Assembly (NCBI GenBank): GCA_051942245.1
Contig: JAVECL010000109.1
Location: 1-51,269 of the forward strand
Reading direction: 5' to 3'
DNA from: Trypethelium eluteriae
Taxonomy: Eukaryota
DNA length: 51,269 nucleotides
Made by a program: the position numbers and the translations under genes
Shown here: in pieces, positions 25,866 through 37,528 of the stretch
Layout: every line of letters starts with the position of its first letter
Numbering within the stretch: position 1 is the stretch's first letter
The notes under the pieces: model-generated
Told to the model about the DNA's origin: nothing
Databases searched by the model: none
Seen by the model: the letters and a program-made list of their open reading frames with translations, nothing else

Positions 25866-27329
25866 TCACTGTTGACTCATTGGGGCACCTACATATGGCT
25901 GGATGGGTAATTTGTTTTGCTTCTGGAATCCGTTATTGTTCAACCTATTCGGCGTTGTCCTTGAGAAGCCCTCGAGAATCCCATCGATCGAATTATCTAC
26001 CATTCGTTTACGTACTAGCGCGGTATTTGATCGTAGCTTCTCGTAACTGATAAACTGAGCAAGAGTCCCAGATACGTAGGCAGTTGCCAGAGACGTTCCG
26101 TCGTCAATTTGGTAGCCGAATCTGCCATCCTGGAAACTCGCACAGATAATATCCTGGCCTGGTGCAGCAATCGCCACTTCTGGTCCGTAATTAGACCAGT
26201 TTGCTTTTCTGTATCCATTGTCAACTGCTGCAACACATATTGTATCGCGTATATTGCAAGGAGATCTGCTGTAGGTTAATGTGTTGAGATTGCCGGCAGA
26301 CACAACGACGGGGATTCCAGCCTTATCCACCTTCTTAATCGCTGTTGCCATCGCTCGACTGTAGCCAATCCCACCAAAAGACATATTAATCACTGAGCCA
26401 GCAAAAGGTGCACGACGACTACGCCACCGCTTAGCATTATGCTCTTTCCTCACATCACCTAATGCTCTAACAACCCCTGCCGATTCGGCACTCCTCTGTA
26501 TGCCACAGACTTTTACGTTGATAATATTTGCGTGTTTAGCAGCCCCACCGAGTCTACCACCGGCAAGGGACGCAATACACGTCCCATGTCTGTTGGGGGT
26601 TGTATCCGTCATAAACCTATCCTCACCATCGTAATACGGCGTGACGTCTATTCCTTGGAAATTGGAAGCTCGGCCACCGAATTCCGGGTGAGAGATGTTT
26701 ATTCCAGAGTCGAAGATATAGATATCCACATTACGACCCGCCTCACTCCAGTGCCAAAAGCTAGGAACTGAGCTCGGAAGTCCATCTGCACCTAAGGAAA
26801 GCTTTTCAGTGCTTGACTGCATCGCCAGCTGAAAAGGGGCATTTTGCTCTATGATCGCTTGCCATCGCTTCGTTCGCCGTCGTACCAAAGGGTCCTTCTC
26901 ATCCTCAATATCGACCGTAGGACGACGCTCAGGCAAGTGGAAGCGGCTGGATGGCTCGATCCATTCGACTCCTGCATCCCGCCTCACAATATTGTCTATC
27001 ACAGATTGATTGCCCTTAAGGTGATATCCAGGTAAGATGTCTAGGTCATGATATTCGTGCCCCATTGACGAGAAGTTCAAGCCAATCCAGTCCAGATGGT
27101 TTTGTAGAGTATAGCCCTCTTTGAACTTGATAATGTAGCTATTCGCAATCAGTTCGGATGATTCGTTGTATCCTATGTAGGGTGCCAGTCCAGGCTGATG
27201 AGCTCTAGGGTACGATGTCGTTGCTGCCGCTGCAACTGTCAGCAAAATTATCCATCCCCCACTGAAATGCCAGACGATCGCGGACATCCCTGACAGTACT
27301 AGGGAGAGGGAGGCCAGGGGATAAAACAT
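25866..27329 (-). CDS. Secreted subtilisin-like serine protease (S8A, proteinase K type) with I9-like propeptide, intronless
   Basis: Hydrophobic N-terminus; SYIIKFK propeptide; triad FDSGI, HGTCIAS, GTSLAT; oxyanion SAGN; WSNYGP. The start could be the second Met. Confidence 0.9.
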   Translation of the reverse strand: MFYPLASLSLVLSGMSAIVWHFSGGWIILLTVAAAATTSYPRAHQPGLAPYIGYNESSELIANSYIIKFKEGYTLQNHLDWIGLNFSSMGHEYHDLDILPGYHLKGNQSVIDNIVRRDAGVEWIEPSSRFHLPERRPTVDIEDEKDPLVRRRTKRWQAIIEQNAPFQLAMQSSTEKLSLGADGLPSSVPSFWHWSEAGRNVDIYIFDSGINISHPEFGGRASNFQGIDVTPYYDGEDRFMTDTTPNRHGTCIASLAGGRLGGAAKHANIINVKVCGIQRSAESAGVVRALGDVRKEHNAKRWRSRRAPFAGSVINMSFGGIGYSRAMATAIKKVDKAGIPVVVSAGNLNTLTYSRSPCNIRDTICVAAVDNGYRKANWSNYGPEVAIAAPGQDIICASFQDGRFGYQIDDGTSLATAYVSGTLAQFISYEKLRSNTALVRKRMVDNSIDGILEGFSRTTPNRLNNNGFQKQNKLPIQPYVGAPMSQQ

Positions 27330-28541
27330 TTACTGGCTTTTTTCAGTACATGGAGTAGGCGACCTTCTTATCCACTGGCATATACATAAGGCCAAGTGGC
27401 ACTTGACCGGTCCATCCGATGGTCTTGAGTCGCATTTATTCCTGGCTTTTCGTGACGGAAATCCAGGATAACGTTAAGCTTGTCGATAATGTGAGCATCG
27501 TCACCAAGAGCTTTGTGTGGTTACGCTCTACCCGAGATGGATGTTTTAGCACCATTCCGACAGAGAGTACGTGCTAGCTAGGGGTGTTGTCTCAATCATG
27601 CGATCCTCGGAGACCATCAAAATCCAGGAGCCGATGAGAGCACACGTGGTCCAGGAGCGGAAAACGAATCTTGTCCATCCTAAAGATGGGCCACTGAGAT
27701 CTCGATTATTGTTGCTCGGTTGTCTCTATGATCGATACCTGAGGTACCTAGCCTAGGTAGGTCTTCCATCCATGCGTGCTGTCGATGTCCGGGCCACTAT
27801 TTCGGACCCTCCGGCCTATTGTCCAGGTACGAATCTGTCCACTTTTGGTCCATTGTTATTTCAAATTGCCGTCTACGTTGCACCACATAGAGCGACTTAT
27901 TGCCTGATACGGAGATTGCCAGCTACCGGAAGTAGACGCTGGTGCCGAGAGTGCTGGCAGTGTCGAAGCGGGCAGTCCGCGTACTGTCATATAAGACGTA
28001 AATTCAGTAGGCGTCAAATCGTTGCAGTGTCGTACTTCGGTGTTCAAGCACTTTCGGCTTGGAGTGCCACGGCTGCATGGCATGGGCCGCTCCGTTGTCG
28101 CCAAGGGCCTCTACCTAGATGTGGTGTAGTTAGTAAAAGGTACCTAAAGGTGTAAAGTCACTTTACCTCATTAGGTAGTGCCCAGTCAGTTACACTTTTT
28201 CTGATTGAACGTGAACACTCTGGGTCGCTACCAGCAATGGATGTATTGATCCTCTTTTTAGCTTGATGAAGTTCAAAGGAGGATCGAGCCGAGTGATGAT
28301 CTTTTGATATTCTATCATGGCATCCTCGTAATAATTCGTCAGCTCCCCGAATTTTCCGTAATACGCTCTTCCACGCAATCGTTCCTCCATACACCACTTA
28401 CCCAGACTAGTTGGGTGGCCCATCTATCCAAATCTTCACGCCCCAACCTGTTGGCCTTCCACCTCCCGCCCTACCCTCAGCTCCACCTTGGGGCACCCTA
28501 TATATGACCCTCCCACCACTCCTTCCTCCTGCAATCGCACC

Positions 28542-30450
28542 ATGGCCGATTCCGACGATGATTACATTCAAGATGCGCGCTCTGCCACGCCCGCCTCTGA
28601 CGATGAACTCTCCGATGCCGGTATCGATGCTCCAAGAGGCAGTCAAGCGCAGGGCAAGAGCAGACGTAATGTTGGACAGGATAAAAACGGAAAGGGAAAG
28701 AAGAAGGCTACGGGGCAAGCCCGGTGGGAGGCAAGCGCACAGAATCTTGGGCTGACGGAGGGTGTGGATGGGGGAATCACTAAGGCGCTGGAGAGGGATT
28801 TGGAGTCGCTGAAAAGGGCCAGGTAGGTGCATTTTGCTTTCTGCCTGGCAGATGAGAGGAAGGAGGTTATGTAGGTGTGGAGGAGGAAGGAACTTGGGTG
28901 GGTTATGAATTAGACGGAAGGTCTTGAAGGAGGACTAGCACTTGAAGATCATTGTATTTGCAGGGGAAAATGGAGTCTGGCGAACCATCTGATTGGCATA
29001 CAGCTTTACAAGATGCAGACATTGCAAATGAAGAAAGGGAGATTGCTATCCGAAAGAGCCTCGGTCATTGGCCAGACGGTTAGCAACTTGAGAATCCTGT
29101 CGAGATATCCTTACGCAGACGACTCAGCTTGTGCTCCTATCTACGTGCTCTGCAACATCTGACCTTCCGCTAATCTTTCTACTGTCTAGATTGAAGAAGA
29201 ATACAACTCCCACCCAACGTGGTATCATCCGACACCTCATCCTCGTCCTCGATCTTAGCGAAGCCATGGCTGAAAAGGACTTCAAGCCCAACCGATACAC
29301 TTTTGTGCTCCGCTACATCCTCTCTTACATCCGTGAGTTCTTCGAGCAGAACCCCATCTCCCAGCTCGCTCTTGTAGGCATGAAAGACGGCCTGGCGAAG
29401 CCCATATCTGAACTCAGTGGCAACCCGAATCTGCACTTGAGCGCGGTGCGGGCGCTCATGCAGAAGGAGGGCCAGGGTAATCCAAGTTTGCAGAATGCGC
29501 TCGAGATGAGTTGTGCAATGTTGCAGGGGGCGCCAAGCCATGGAACGAGAGAGGTCGTGATTGTGCTTGGGGCGCTCCTGACTAATGATCCTGGAGACAT
29601 CTACACCACGATACGACGGTGTGCGAAGGAGAGGTTGAGGGTGGGGATCGTGGGGTTAGCTGCGAGATTGCATATTTGTGGCGAGATCGTGGCGAGGACA
29701 AATGGTGGAGATGATAGCGGATATGGGGTTGCGGTGGATGAGCTTGGCCTGAAGGATCTGTTGATGGCCACCACAACGCCACCGGAGATTAGGGGAGAGG
29801 GCACGCAGGGACCGAGTGCCCTGGCAAGTCTACTCAAGATGGGATTTCCGAACCGAATTGCTGAGGAGGTGCCAAGTCTTTGTGCGTGTCATAACAAGCC
29901 GGTAAGAGGAGGATACCAGTGTCCACAGTGTATGGTTAAAGTCTGTTCCCTACCGACCGAATGTCCCGGATGTGGCCTTACTCTCATCCTCAGCACACAC
30001 TTAGCGAGGAGTTATCACCATCTCTTTCCATTACGGGAGTGGGTGGAGGTTAGCTGGCAAAGAGCAAGAGAGGTGGGAAGCGTCGAATGTCGCAGTTGTC
30101 TAACCAAGTTTCCGGAGATTCCGGCCCAAAAAGAGCTCGACAAAGACGGAGACACAACAATGGCTGATGCATCCGGGAGTACTGCAGGGGGTGCGAACCC
30201 GCGGACGCCCAATGAACAGCCACAGCGAAAAGGGGAGGGTGCGTCAGAGAGCAGAAGATACGAGTGTGAGACTTGTCAGAATCATTTCTGCGTTGATTGC
30301 GATGTCTTTTGTCACGATGTGCTGCACAACTGTCCTGGATGTCAAAGTCAAGCTCATTTACCTGGTTCACAGGTAGGAGGTAACGCAGCAGATGGGCCGA
30401 ATCAGGGAGATGGTACGGGAAAAGAAGGAAATCCGGCTGAAGCCACCTAA
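28542..30450 (+). CDS. SSL1: TFIIH p44 subunit (vWA domain plus zinc fingers); exons 28542-28822, 29190-30450
   Basis: QRGIIRHLILVLDLSEAMAEKDFKP, FFEQNPISQL, PSLQNALE, CPGCGLTLILSTHLARSYHHLFPL, FCVDCDVFCHDVLHNCPGC. Confidence 0.96.
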
Positions 30451-30644
30451 TCTTTGATATGCTCTAATTCCTTCGTTCATTGCTGCATGGCGAAGGCGCA
30501 TTCTTTTTCGGAAGGGAATCGGATACCAAATACCAAAAGGGGCCTTGAGCCCGTTACCTCTGCATCTTGGGAGGCCAAGTTCTTCCTGGTCATAGGGAAT
30601 TGTTGAAAAGTCTAGAGATAGTGGCATGCTTCAATACACACTAT

Positions 30645-32260
30645 TCACAGCTTGGCATTAACCCAGAGACTTGGCTTTTCGAGACCAGCAGGACCATCAT
30701 AGACATATCTTTCCACAGCCCTCGTATTGATCTAGAATAATTCGTCAGCGGGCTTTTTCCAGTTTATTGAAGAGACTACATTGATCAACTTACGTGTCGA
30801 GGTCCCAGTTGCTCGACTTTCTCAACGCCCAACAACCTCATTGCCGTCTCCGTCTCCGCCTTCAAGATCTCCAGCACTCTTTCCACCCCTTTCTCACCTC
30901 CAACACCCAAGCCCCATAGCGGCGCTCTTCCAATGCCAACAGCCTTCGCTCCTAAACAGAGCGCCTTGACAACATCCGTACCCCTCCGAATGCCTCCATC
31001 AACCATGACTTCCAATCGACTGAACACTTCAGGGCAATACTTCCGAATCTCAATCAATGTATGCACAGCCGGTGGCGCGGTATCCATCGCCCGTCCGCCA
31101 TGATTCGACAGAATGATCCCACGTACCTGCGGCGCATACAGCGACGCTATGTACGCATCCTCATGCGTCTGCAACCCCTTCAGCACAATCGGCAACTTCG
31201 TATGCTTCGCCAACCACGGCAGCGTCGTCTTCCACGTCAAATCCGGCGCCGTCCCCGCAAAAAGCGCCATACCGATCCCTCCGCCCTTCGCCCCATTCCG
31301 CGGCTCTCTCGTCGTACTCGACGCCGAGTCCGCCTGCACGCTCGACCGCACCGCCAGATTCGAGCCCACATTCTTCGTGCGCTCGTCGTGCTCGCGCTTT
31401 CCGGGCACGGGTGCGTCGAGCGTGAGGCACACGAACTTGATGGCGGGCAGCTGCGTGATGCGCGCCAGCATGGCTTCGCTTTTGGCCCGGTCCGTCTGCA
31501 CGTACAGCTGCCAGCCGAAGACTTGGTCGGGTCCGGCGTCCGCGACGATCTGTTCGGGCGTTTGCGACGCGTTGTTCGAAATGATCTGAGCGGCGCCGAA
31601 GGTGTGGCTGGCGCGGGCGATGCCGGCTTCCCCGTCGGGGTGCGCGAGGCGAGCCATCGCGGCGGGAGAGACGTAGATGGGCAGGGAGACTTTGTAGCCG
31701 AGGAGGGTGGTGGAAGTGTCGCATTCGGTGCAGTCGACGAAGATGCGGGGACGGAGGAAGATGGCTCTGTAGACGGTGTTGTTGTAGGTTTTGGAGATGA
31801 GGTCGTCGCCGGCAGAGTAATAGTATGCCCAGGCTTTTCGACTAATGAGTTTTGTTGAAGCGGCTTCGACATCATCAAGATTGAGAAGTTCGTCGAGCGG
31901 CGGTGGTCCTGTGTCTTCTTCATTGATTTCGGCGGAAGACTTCTCTTCCTTCGGGAGTGTTTCTGGATCTATGGCTCCGAGCTTGCTCTGGGGTTTGAGG
32001 CTCTCTTCAAGGGTTCCGGGTGGATGTACAGGATCATATTCTTCTGTGGCATCTTTTCCGGCTAATTGAAGTATTATCTTCGAGCCACCCGGATGCTGCG
32101 GTACGAACTCTGTGACATCGTAGACATTGCCATAGAGAACCACCCAACAGCTCTCAGCCGTGTTGTGTTTCGATACTACAGATCTCGTGAGCTTGAAGAT
32201 TCAGTCTATGTGAGGATTAAATTTTCTTCAACCTTCATCATACGAGAATACTTTGGCCAT
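30645..32260 (-). CDS. Flavocytochrome b2 / FMN-dependent alpha-hydroxy acid dehydrogenase (cyt b5 + FMN domain), 3 exons
   Basis: Heme-binding [17 protein letters not shown], active-site [15 protein letters not shown]; short first exon MAKVFSYDE and last exon INTRAVE...AKL. Confidence 0.92.
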
Positions 32261-32733
32261 AGTGACGACAACAAATATAGGATAATAGTCAAAACAAGAA
32301 GGCTAAGAACAATAGGAAATTACATTAAACGGAGCAGACCAGAGATCTACAAGCAATTGGAAAGACGCCAAAAACCATTTTAGGGTAGCTCTCTGCTAAA
32401 TAGGTCTTAGGACTCGGGAACTTTGGGACTTGAGTCGCCGGGCCGGTTATCTGGCAAGGGTGGTTCTTCGGTTGAAGACAGCCCGATCGAATCAAAACTT
32501 ATTACCGATTCTGGTAGTCCTTCCGGAAAATATTATCCCTTCAACATATTTACCAAATGGCTCTGTATTGGGCTTGAGCTGGGTATCTCAAGATGCACGG
32601 CTCTATTGGTTGCTGTAGTCGGAACTCATGGATGTGCGTCGTCTTGATACTGACCATCCTGATCTTTACCAGTTCATATGTAGAACTGCTCTCAAACGGT
32701 TTGCTCGTTACTGACTGCGCTGTCGTTCTGGTC

Positions 32734-33240
32734 TTATAAACATTGTAAAACTAGCTCCATGGTATCCATGAAGGTGTCTCGGCTCGAATCTACCTCCTCA
32801 AGCCCAAGCCCTATTACCAGAAGCCTCCTCTCGGCTGGGTCTTTTGTGGCTATAGCACTTGCTATTTGTGTCGCATAGAGTTGTCCCACTGTGTCTCGCT
32901 CAGGGACGGTGCCTCCTAACACTGTCGTAGCCGTCAAATGCGTCATCGGGAGTAAATCTGTGTTTTCGCTACTGGCTCCATTGCCTTCCGAGAAGTGCAT
33001 GGCTGAAGCATCAGGAGCTGCAGAATCGAGCGGTACATGCATCTGCCGTCTGTATTAGCTCAAGGAATAGATGTCCAGTAGAAGGCAGAGACAAACCCAA
33101 TGAGCAAGACGGCCGCCTTGGGAAACTGTGATAAGAATTTTGTCTGCAAAAGCGACTGACATGATCTCAGTATGGATGCCATTGATTTCACCTGCGGCCG
33201 TCTTCGTACGAGCTGGAAAGGGCTCGGTCATCAAATCCAT
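32734..33240 (-). CDS. Proteasome assembly chaperone 3 (PSMG3/Irc25 family), 2 exons
   Basis: FADKILITVSQGGRLAHW|MHVPL, LLPMTHLTATTVLGG, QLYATQIASAI, RLLVIGLGL; intron near 33044-33096. Confidence 0.8.
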
Positions 33241-33402
33241 GTCTTAGTTGACGCAGACCTTAGACTGCCCAAGAAGTTTGTTGTTTCGGGAAAGCATGAA
33301 AAACGGCATACCTTACTCCAGTTACGGTAGGGCGGAAATGAGTCCGCTTGAGATTGAATATTCGGGCAAAATTTCGATTTCATCAGATCCCCCGCCCCCA
33401 CA

Positions 33403-36400
33403 ATGCCAAAGTTCGTTCCTCGCCAGCGAAAGCACAAAGCTCGAGAGCGACAAAAACAGAACGGACACAGCACTGGCGGAGATGCAAATGCCGTTGAGCT
33501 TTTACCGGAGTCCAAAGATGATCGCGAAAAGCGACGCAACCAGCTACAGGAAGAGCTGCGCGCTCAACAGCCGCAGTCAAAGATCTCAGCCAAGAAGCAG
33601 AAAAGACTGAACAAGTACATTGATACCAAGCTGAGAAAAGAGGAGAATCAAGAGCTTATCAAGAAACTCGCTGCCCAAAAGGTGGATACGAGTCTGTTCC
33701 GGAGTTCCAAAAAGCTTGGAAGAGTTTCGGAATCAAAGCGTGAAGCGCTTTCCCGCGCTCTCCAGGAACGCAATGCCGGCATTGATATTGAAAAGAACAA
33801 CCAGCTCCTATATCAGACCTCTGAGGTGATTAGTGATGCCTCAGATACCTCCTCGGATGAAGACGATGGCGGTAGCAATGTCGCCACCTTCTCAAAGAAG
33901 GAATCTGTCAAGGCAATATCTCCCGAGCCTTCTACACAACCCAATGCCACTGGTCCCGCTTTTGGGAGTGGCCTAAAGCGACCATTAGCTTTGGACTCTT
34001 TAGGGAAACCTATCATTAAGAAGAGAAGGAGAACCCAACTCGCCCCAGTTGTAATCAAGATCGAATCAGAGGAAGAGTGGGAGGGCTTCAGTGATAGTGG
34101 CCAGTCAATGTCAGAAGTTAGCGCGGAGAGCAATCAAGAGCAGATCCCAGATACAAACATAGATGGAAATGAGGATTCTACCTCCGACTCTCTTCAATCT
34201 TACATGCAAGAGGATAGCGATGACATAGGGTCCACAGAGGCAAATTCCGCAGTCACGTCGGAAGAGTCGGAAGATGAATTTGGTGATAAAGATAGGGAAG
34301 AAGACAAGGCTAAGAAGGAGCGCTCATCGGCCTTCAGGGCGTGGGCAACGAAGCAACGAAATGAAGTTCTTGGATTCCAACCTTCCCTGGCAATCAATGA
34401 TGCAGCATCCGCCACTTCCAAGCCCATTGAATTCAAGCCGCGTCCTGCAGAGTCTGACCCCTTGCCAGCTGAGCTTGAGACTAGGGCATCGACCAATGAA
34501 GCGAGACAGGCCTACAGTGTTCAGGTCTCTCGTACGCCAGAAATTCAGGATGCGCGGATGGCTCTTCCAGTCGTCACTGAGGAACAAAAGATCATGGAGG
34601 CTATACATAACAACGACATCGTTGTCATCTGGGGAGCAACAGGCAGTGGAAAAACAACACAAGTCCCGCAATTCCTGTTCGAAGCGGGCTATGGGGACCC
34701 AAAGGGCCCAACTCCTGGTATGATCGGAGTCACGCAGCCGAGACGAGTTGCGGCTGTGAGCATGTCGAAGCGCGTGGGTGATGAGTTGTGTGACCTGAAA
34801 AGTCGAGTATCATATCAAATACGCTTTGACAGTTCGGTCAGCAGTAAAACCGCTATCAAGTTCATGACGGACGGCGTTCTTCTGCGCGAAATTGCCAATG
34901 ATTTTGCATTGACCAAGTATTCTGCGGTCATCATTGACGAGGCGCATGAGCGGAGCGTCAATACTGACATTTTGATTGGGATGATGAGCAGAATCGTGGA
35001 TCTTCGCTCCACGATGTCGAAAGAAGATCCAAAATTTCAACCTCTAAAACTAATCATCATGTCTGCTACACTTCGCATCTCAGATTTCACGGAAAATTCA
35101 ACTCTGTTCCGCAAAGGATCGCCCCCTTTGGTGCAAGCGGAAGGTCGGCAGTATCCTGTTACCATACATTTTGCCCGTAGAACACAGCGAGACTATGTTT
35201 CTGAGGCGTTCCATAAGATCAGCCGAGGCCACAAAAGGTTGCCGCCAGGAGGAATGCTTGTCTTCCTGACAGGCTTAAATGAAATCATGGATCTCTCCAG
35301 ACGACTGAAGAAGGCGTTCCAATCGTCTAGTCAACGTGAAGTCGTGGGACCTCAGGTTCGCGTATCTGCAGCTGAAGCATCTGTTGAGACAGAAGATGTT
35401 GATTTTGGCGATTATCAAGATAAAGGATTAGATGATGACGCATCGGAAGATGATCTAGACTCCGTACGTGTTGATGAAGAGGAGGAAGACCAAGAATTCG
35501 ATATTGGTGAAACTCCCGATGGTATCTCAAGTGTCTCTGTTTTACCTCTATATTCTCAGCTGCCAACAACTCAGCAACTTCGAGTATTTGAGCCTCCGCC
35601 AGAAGGATCTCGATTGATCGTGCTGGCTACAAACGTCGCGGAGACAAGTTTGACGATCCCCGGAATTCGCTATGTTTTCGACTGCGGTAGATCCAAAGAA
35701 AAGAAGTACGATGAGATTACTGGTGTACAGAGCTTCGAGGTTGGTTGGATAAGTAAAGCCAGTGCAAGTCAAAGAACTGGGCGAGCAGGACGTACTGGAC
35801 CAGGTCATTGTTACCGATTATATTCCTCTGCTGTCTACGAGCGCGACTTCGAAGAATACAAGGCTCCGGAGCTCCTGAGGACGCCCATAGAGGGCATTGT
35901 CCTCCAACTCAAAAGCATGGATCTCCAGCATGTCGTCAACTTCCCCTTTCCAACCCCTCCAGATCGCCAAAGTCTTGCCAAAGCTGAGAAACTCTTGACG
36001 CATCTCGGCGCGATCTCAGACGAAGGCAAGATCACCCACACAGGCAGGGAATTATCCCTCTATCCCTTGAGCCCGCGCTTCTCTCGTATACTCCTACTCG
36101 GACAATCTTACGGTCTCACATCATATACTATCGCTCTTGTAGCCGCTCTCGCAGTTCCGGACATCTTCATCCCCGAAAACCAGCTCGCTCTCTCTGATCT
36201 GGACGAGACACCAGCACGAAATGCCTCCCCTAGCGATTCGGACACAGAGACTCCAACTATTGCCACCGACGCTGATAACACAACCCAGGAGCGAGAACAG
36301 CGAAGAAAGGCCTACAACATCGCCCACGCCACCCTCTCCCACCAAAGCCGCACATCCGACGCTCTCAAACTTCTCACAACCCTTTGCGCCTATGCGCATA

Positions 36401-37158
36401 CCTCACCCTCTTCCCATATCGAATTCTGCACGTCACATTTCCTCCGCGAAAAGGGCCTCCAGGAAGCTTCGCAATTACGGCAGCAGCTCCACAGCCTCAT
36501 CCTCACAAACAAGCCTGCTCTAGGACTCGGCAAGTACGAAGAGAAGCTCTCGCAACCGAAGCCAAAGGAGCTAGAGCTGCTGAAGCAGATCACCGCAGCC
36601 GGCTTCATCGACCACATCGCCATCCGCGCAGACCTCAGTCCCGACCCCCCCGAGACGGCACGGAAACCAAAGCGAGCCACCGAGGTCCCCTACCTGACAC
36701 TCTTCCCTTCCCACGAAGGCCCAGTCCCTCCAGCCACCACCACCACGCAGGACGAGAACGAAGCCCAGAAGCTGAAATTCGTGTACGTACACCCGTCGTC
36801 CGTGCTCGCGCGACGCGACGTCAAAGCCATGCCAACGTATCTCGTTTACGCCACGCTGCAGCGGAGCTCCTCGACGGTGCCGGGGAAGCTGGCGAGGGTG
36901 CGGATGCATCCGCTGACGGAGGTGAGTGGGCGACAGCTGGTGGCGCTGGCGAAGGGGACGCCGCTGCTGGATTGGGGCAAGCCGGTTGGGAGGGTGGATG
37001 CGCTGGAGCCGGTAGAGGGGAAGGAGAGGAGGGAATGCACGGTGGTGCCGAGTCTGGTGGGGAGAAAGGGGACTTTGGGGTGGCCATTGCCGGGGACGAG
37101 GGTGGTGCAGAGGAAGGAGGGAGGGCGTGGATGGGTTGTGGAGAAAGTGGTGGGTTGA
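33403..37158 (+). CDS. DHR1: DEAH-box RNA helicase Dhr1/Ecm16 (DHX37 family), intronless
   Basis: MPKFVPRQRKHK start, GATGSGKTTQ, TQPRRVAA, DEAHERS, MSATL, TNVAETSLTIPG, QRTGRAGR, HA2 region. Confidence 0.93.
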   Translation: MPKFVPRQRKHKARERQKQNGHSTGGDANAVELLPESKDDREKRRNQLQEELRAQQPQSKISAKKQKRLNKYIDTKLRKEENQELIKKLAAQKVDTSLFRSSKKLGRVSESKREALSRALQERNAGIDIEKNNQLLYQTSEVISDASDTSSDEDDGGSNVATFSKKESVKAISPEPSTQPNATGPAFGSGLKRPLALDSLGKPIIKKRRRTQLAPVVIKIESEEEWEGFSDSGQSMSEVSAESNQEQIPDTNIDGNEDSTSDSLQSYMQEDSDDIGSTEANSAVTSEESEDEFGDKDREEDKAKKERSSAFRAWATKQRNEVLGFQPSLAINDAASATSKPIEFKPRPAESDPLPAELETRASTNEARQAYSVQVSRTPEIQDARMALPVVTEEQKIMEAIHNNDIVVIWGATGSGKTTQVPQFLFEAGYGDPKGPTPGMIGVTQPRRVAAVSMSKRVGDELCDLKSRVSYQIRFDSSVSSKTAIKFMTDGVLLREIANDFALTKYSAVIIDEAHERSVNTDILIGMMSRIVDLRSTMSKEDPKFQPLKLIIMSATLRISDFTENSTLFRKGSPPLVQAEGRQYPVTIHFARRTQRDYVSEAFHKISRGHKRLPPGGMLVFLTGLNEIMDLSRRLKKAFQSSSQREVVGPQVRVSAAEASVETEDVDFGDYQDKGLDDDASEDDLDSVRVDEEEEDQEFDIGETPDGISSVSVLPLYSQLPTTQQLRVFEPPPEGSRLIVLATNVAETSLTIPGIRYVFDCGRSKEKKYDEITGVQSFEVGWISKASASQRTGRAGRTGPGHCYRLYSSAVYERDFEEYKAPELLRTPIEGIVLQLKSMDLQHVVNFPFPTPPDRQSLAKAEKLLTHLGAISDEGKITHTGRELSLYPLSPRFSRILLLGQSYGLTSYTIALVAALAVPDIFIPENQLALSDLDETPARNASPSDSDTETPTIATDADNTTQEREQRRKAYNIAHATLSHQSRTSDALKLLTTLCAYAHTSPSSHIEFCTSHFLREKGLQEASQLRQQLHSLILTNKPALGLGKYEEKLSQPKPKELELLKQITAAGFIDHIAIRADLSPDPPETARKPKRATEVPYLTLFPSHEGPVPPATTTTQDENEAQKLKFVYVHPSSVLARRDVKAMPTYLVYATLQRSSSTVPGKLARVRMHPLTEVSGRQLVALAKGTPLLDWGKPVGRVDALEPVEGKERRECTVVPSLVGRKGTLGWPLPGTRVVQRKEGGRGWVVEKVVG

Positions 37159-37528
37159 AGTTCAATGACGTTTCATATGCACAAACGTGGTTCATGGCCA
37201 TGCCATTGCTGTACGTGAATCTAGCTACTTCCAGGAAATGTTCTCGAGGCCTTGAAGACCATCGTCTAGTAAATAACGCCTCCCGATGCAAGTAGGTATC
37301 ACGCGCAATGATAGCGAACGCTTCGGAGCCCTCCCAATGCATCGTTTACCTCATCAGCTCGTATCCGCAGTACGTGAAACCCACAGACGTCGACCACTTC
37401 AAATTTTCACCCTTCTGTTTCCATCTCTCTTCATTGCCGTTCACCTCATCTGCAAACCAGCAGAGCATAAATCTCTATCCTATAACCACCAATCTCTTCT
37501 GCCAAAGACCCTCTGAATTCTCGTCTTT

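Noticed and set aside
27735..27765. Short palindromes such as aggtacct and cctagg (also near 28139, 49868, 49981)
   Set aside because: Short and common in fungal intergenic DNA; no larger structure supports a function
27772..28423. Short ORFs between the subtilisin gene and SSL1
   Set aside because: No recognisable domain or consistent splice model; a degraded gene cannot be excluded
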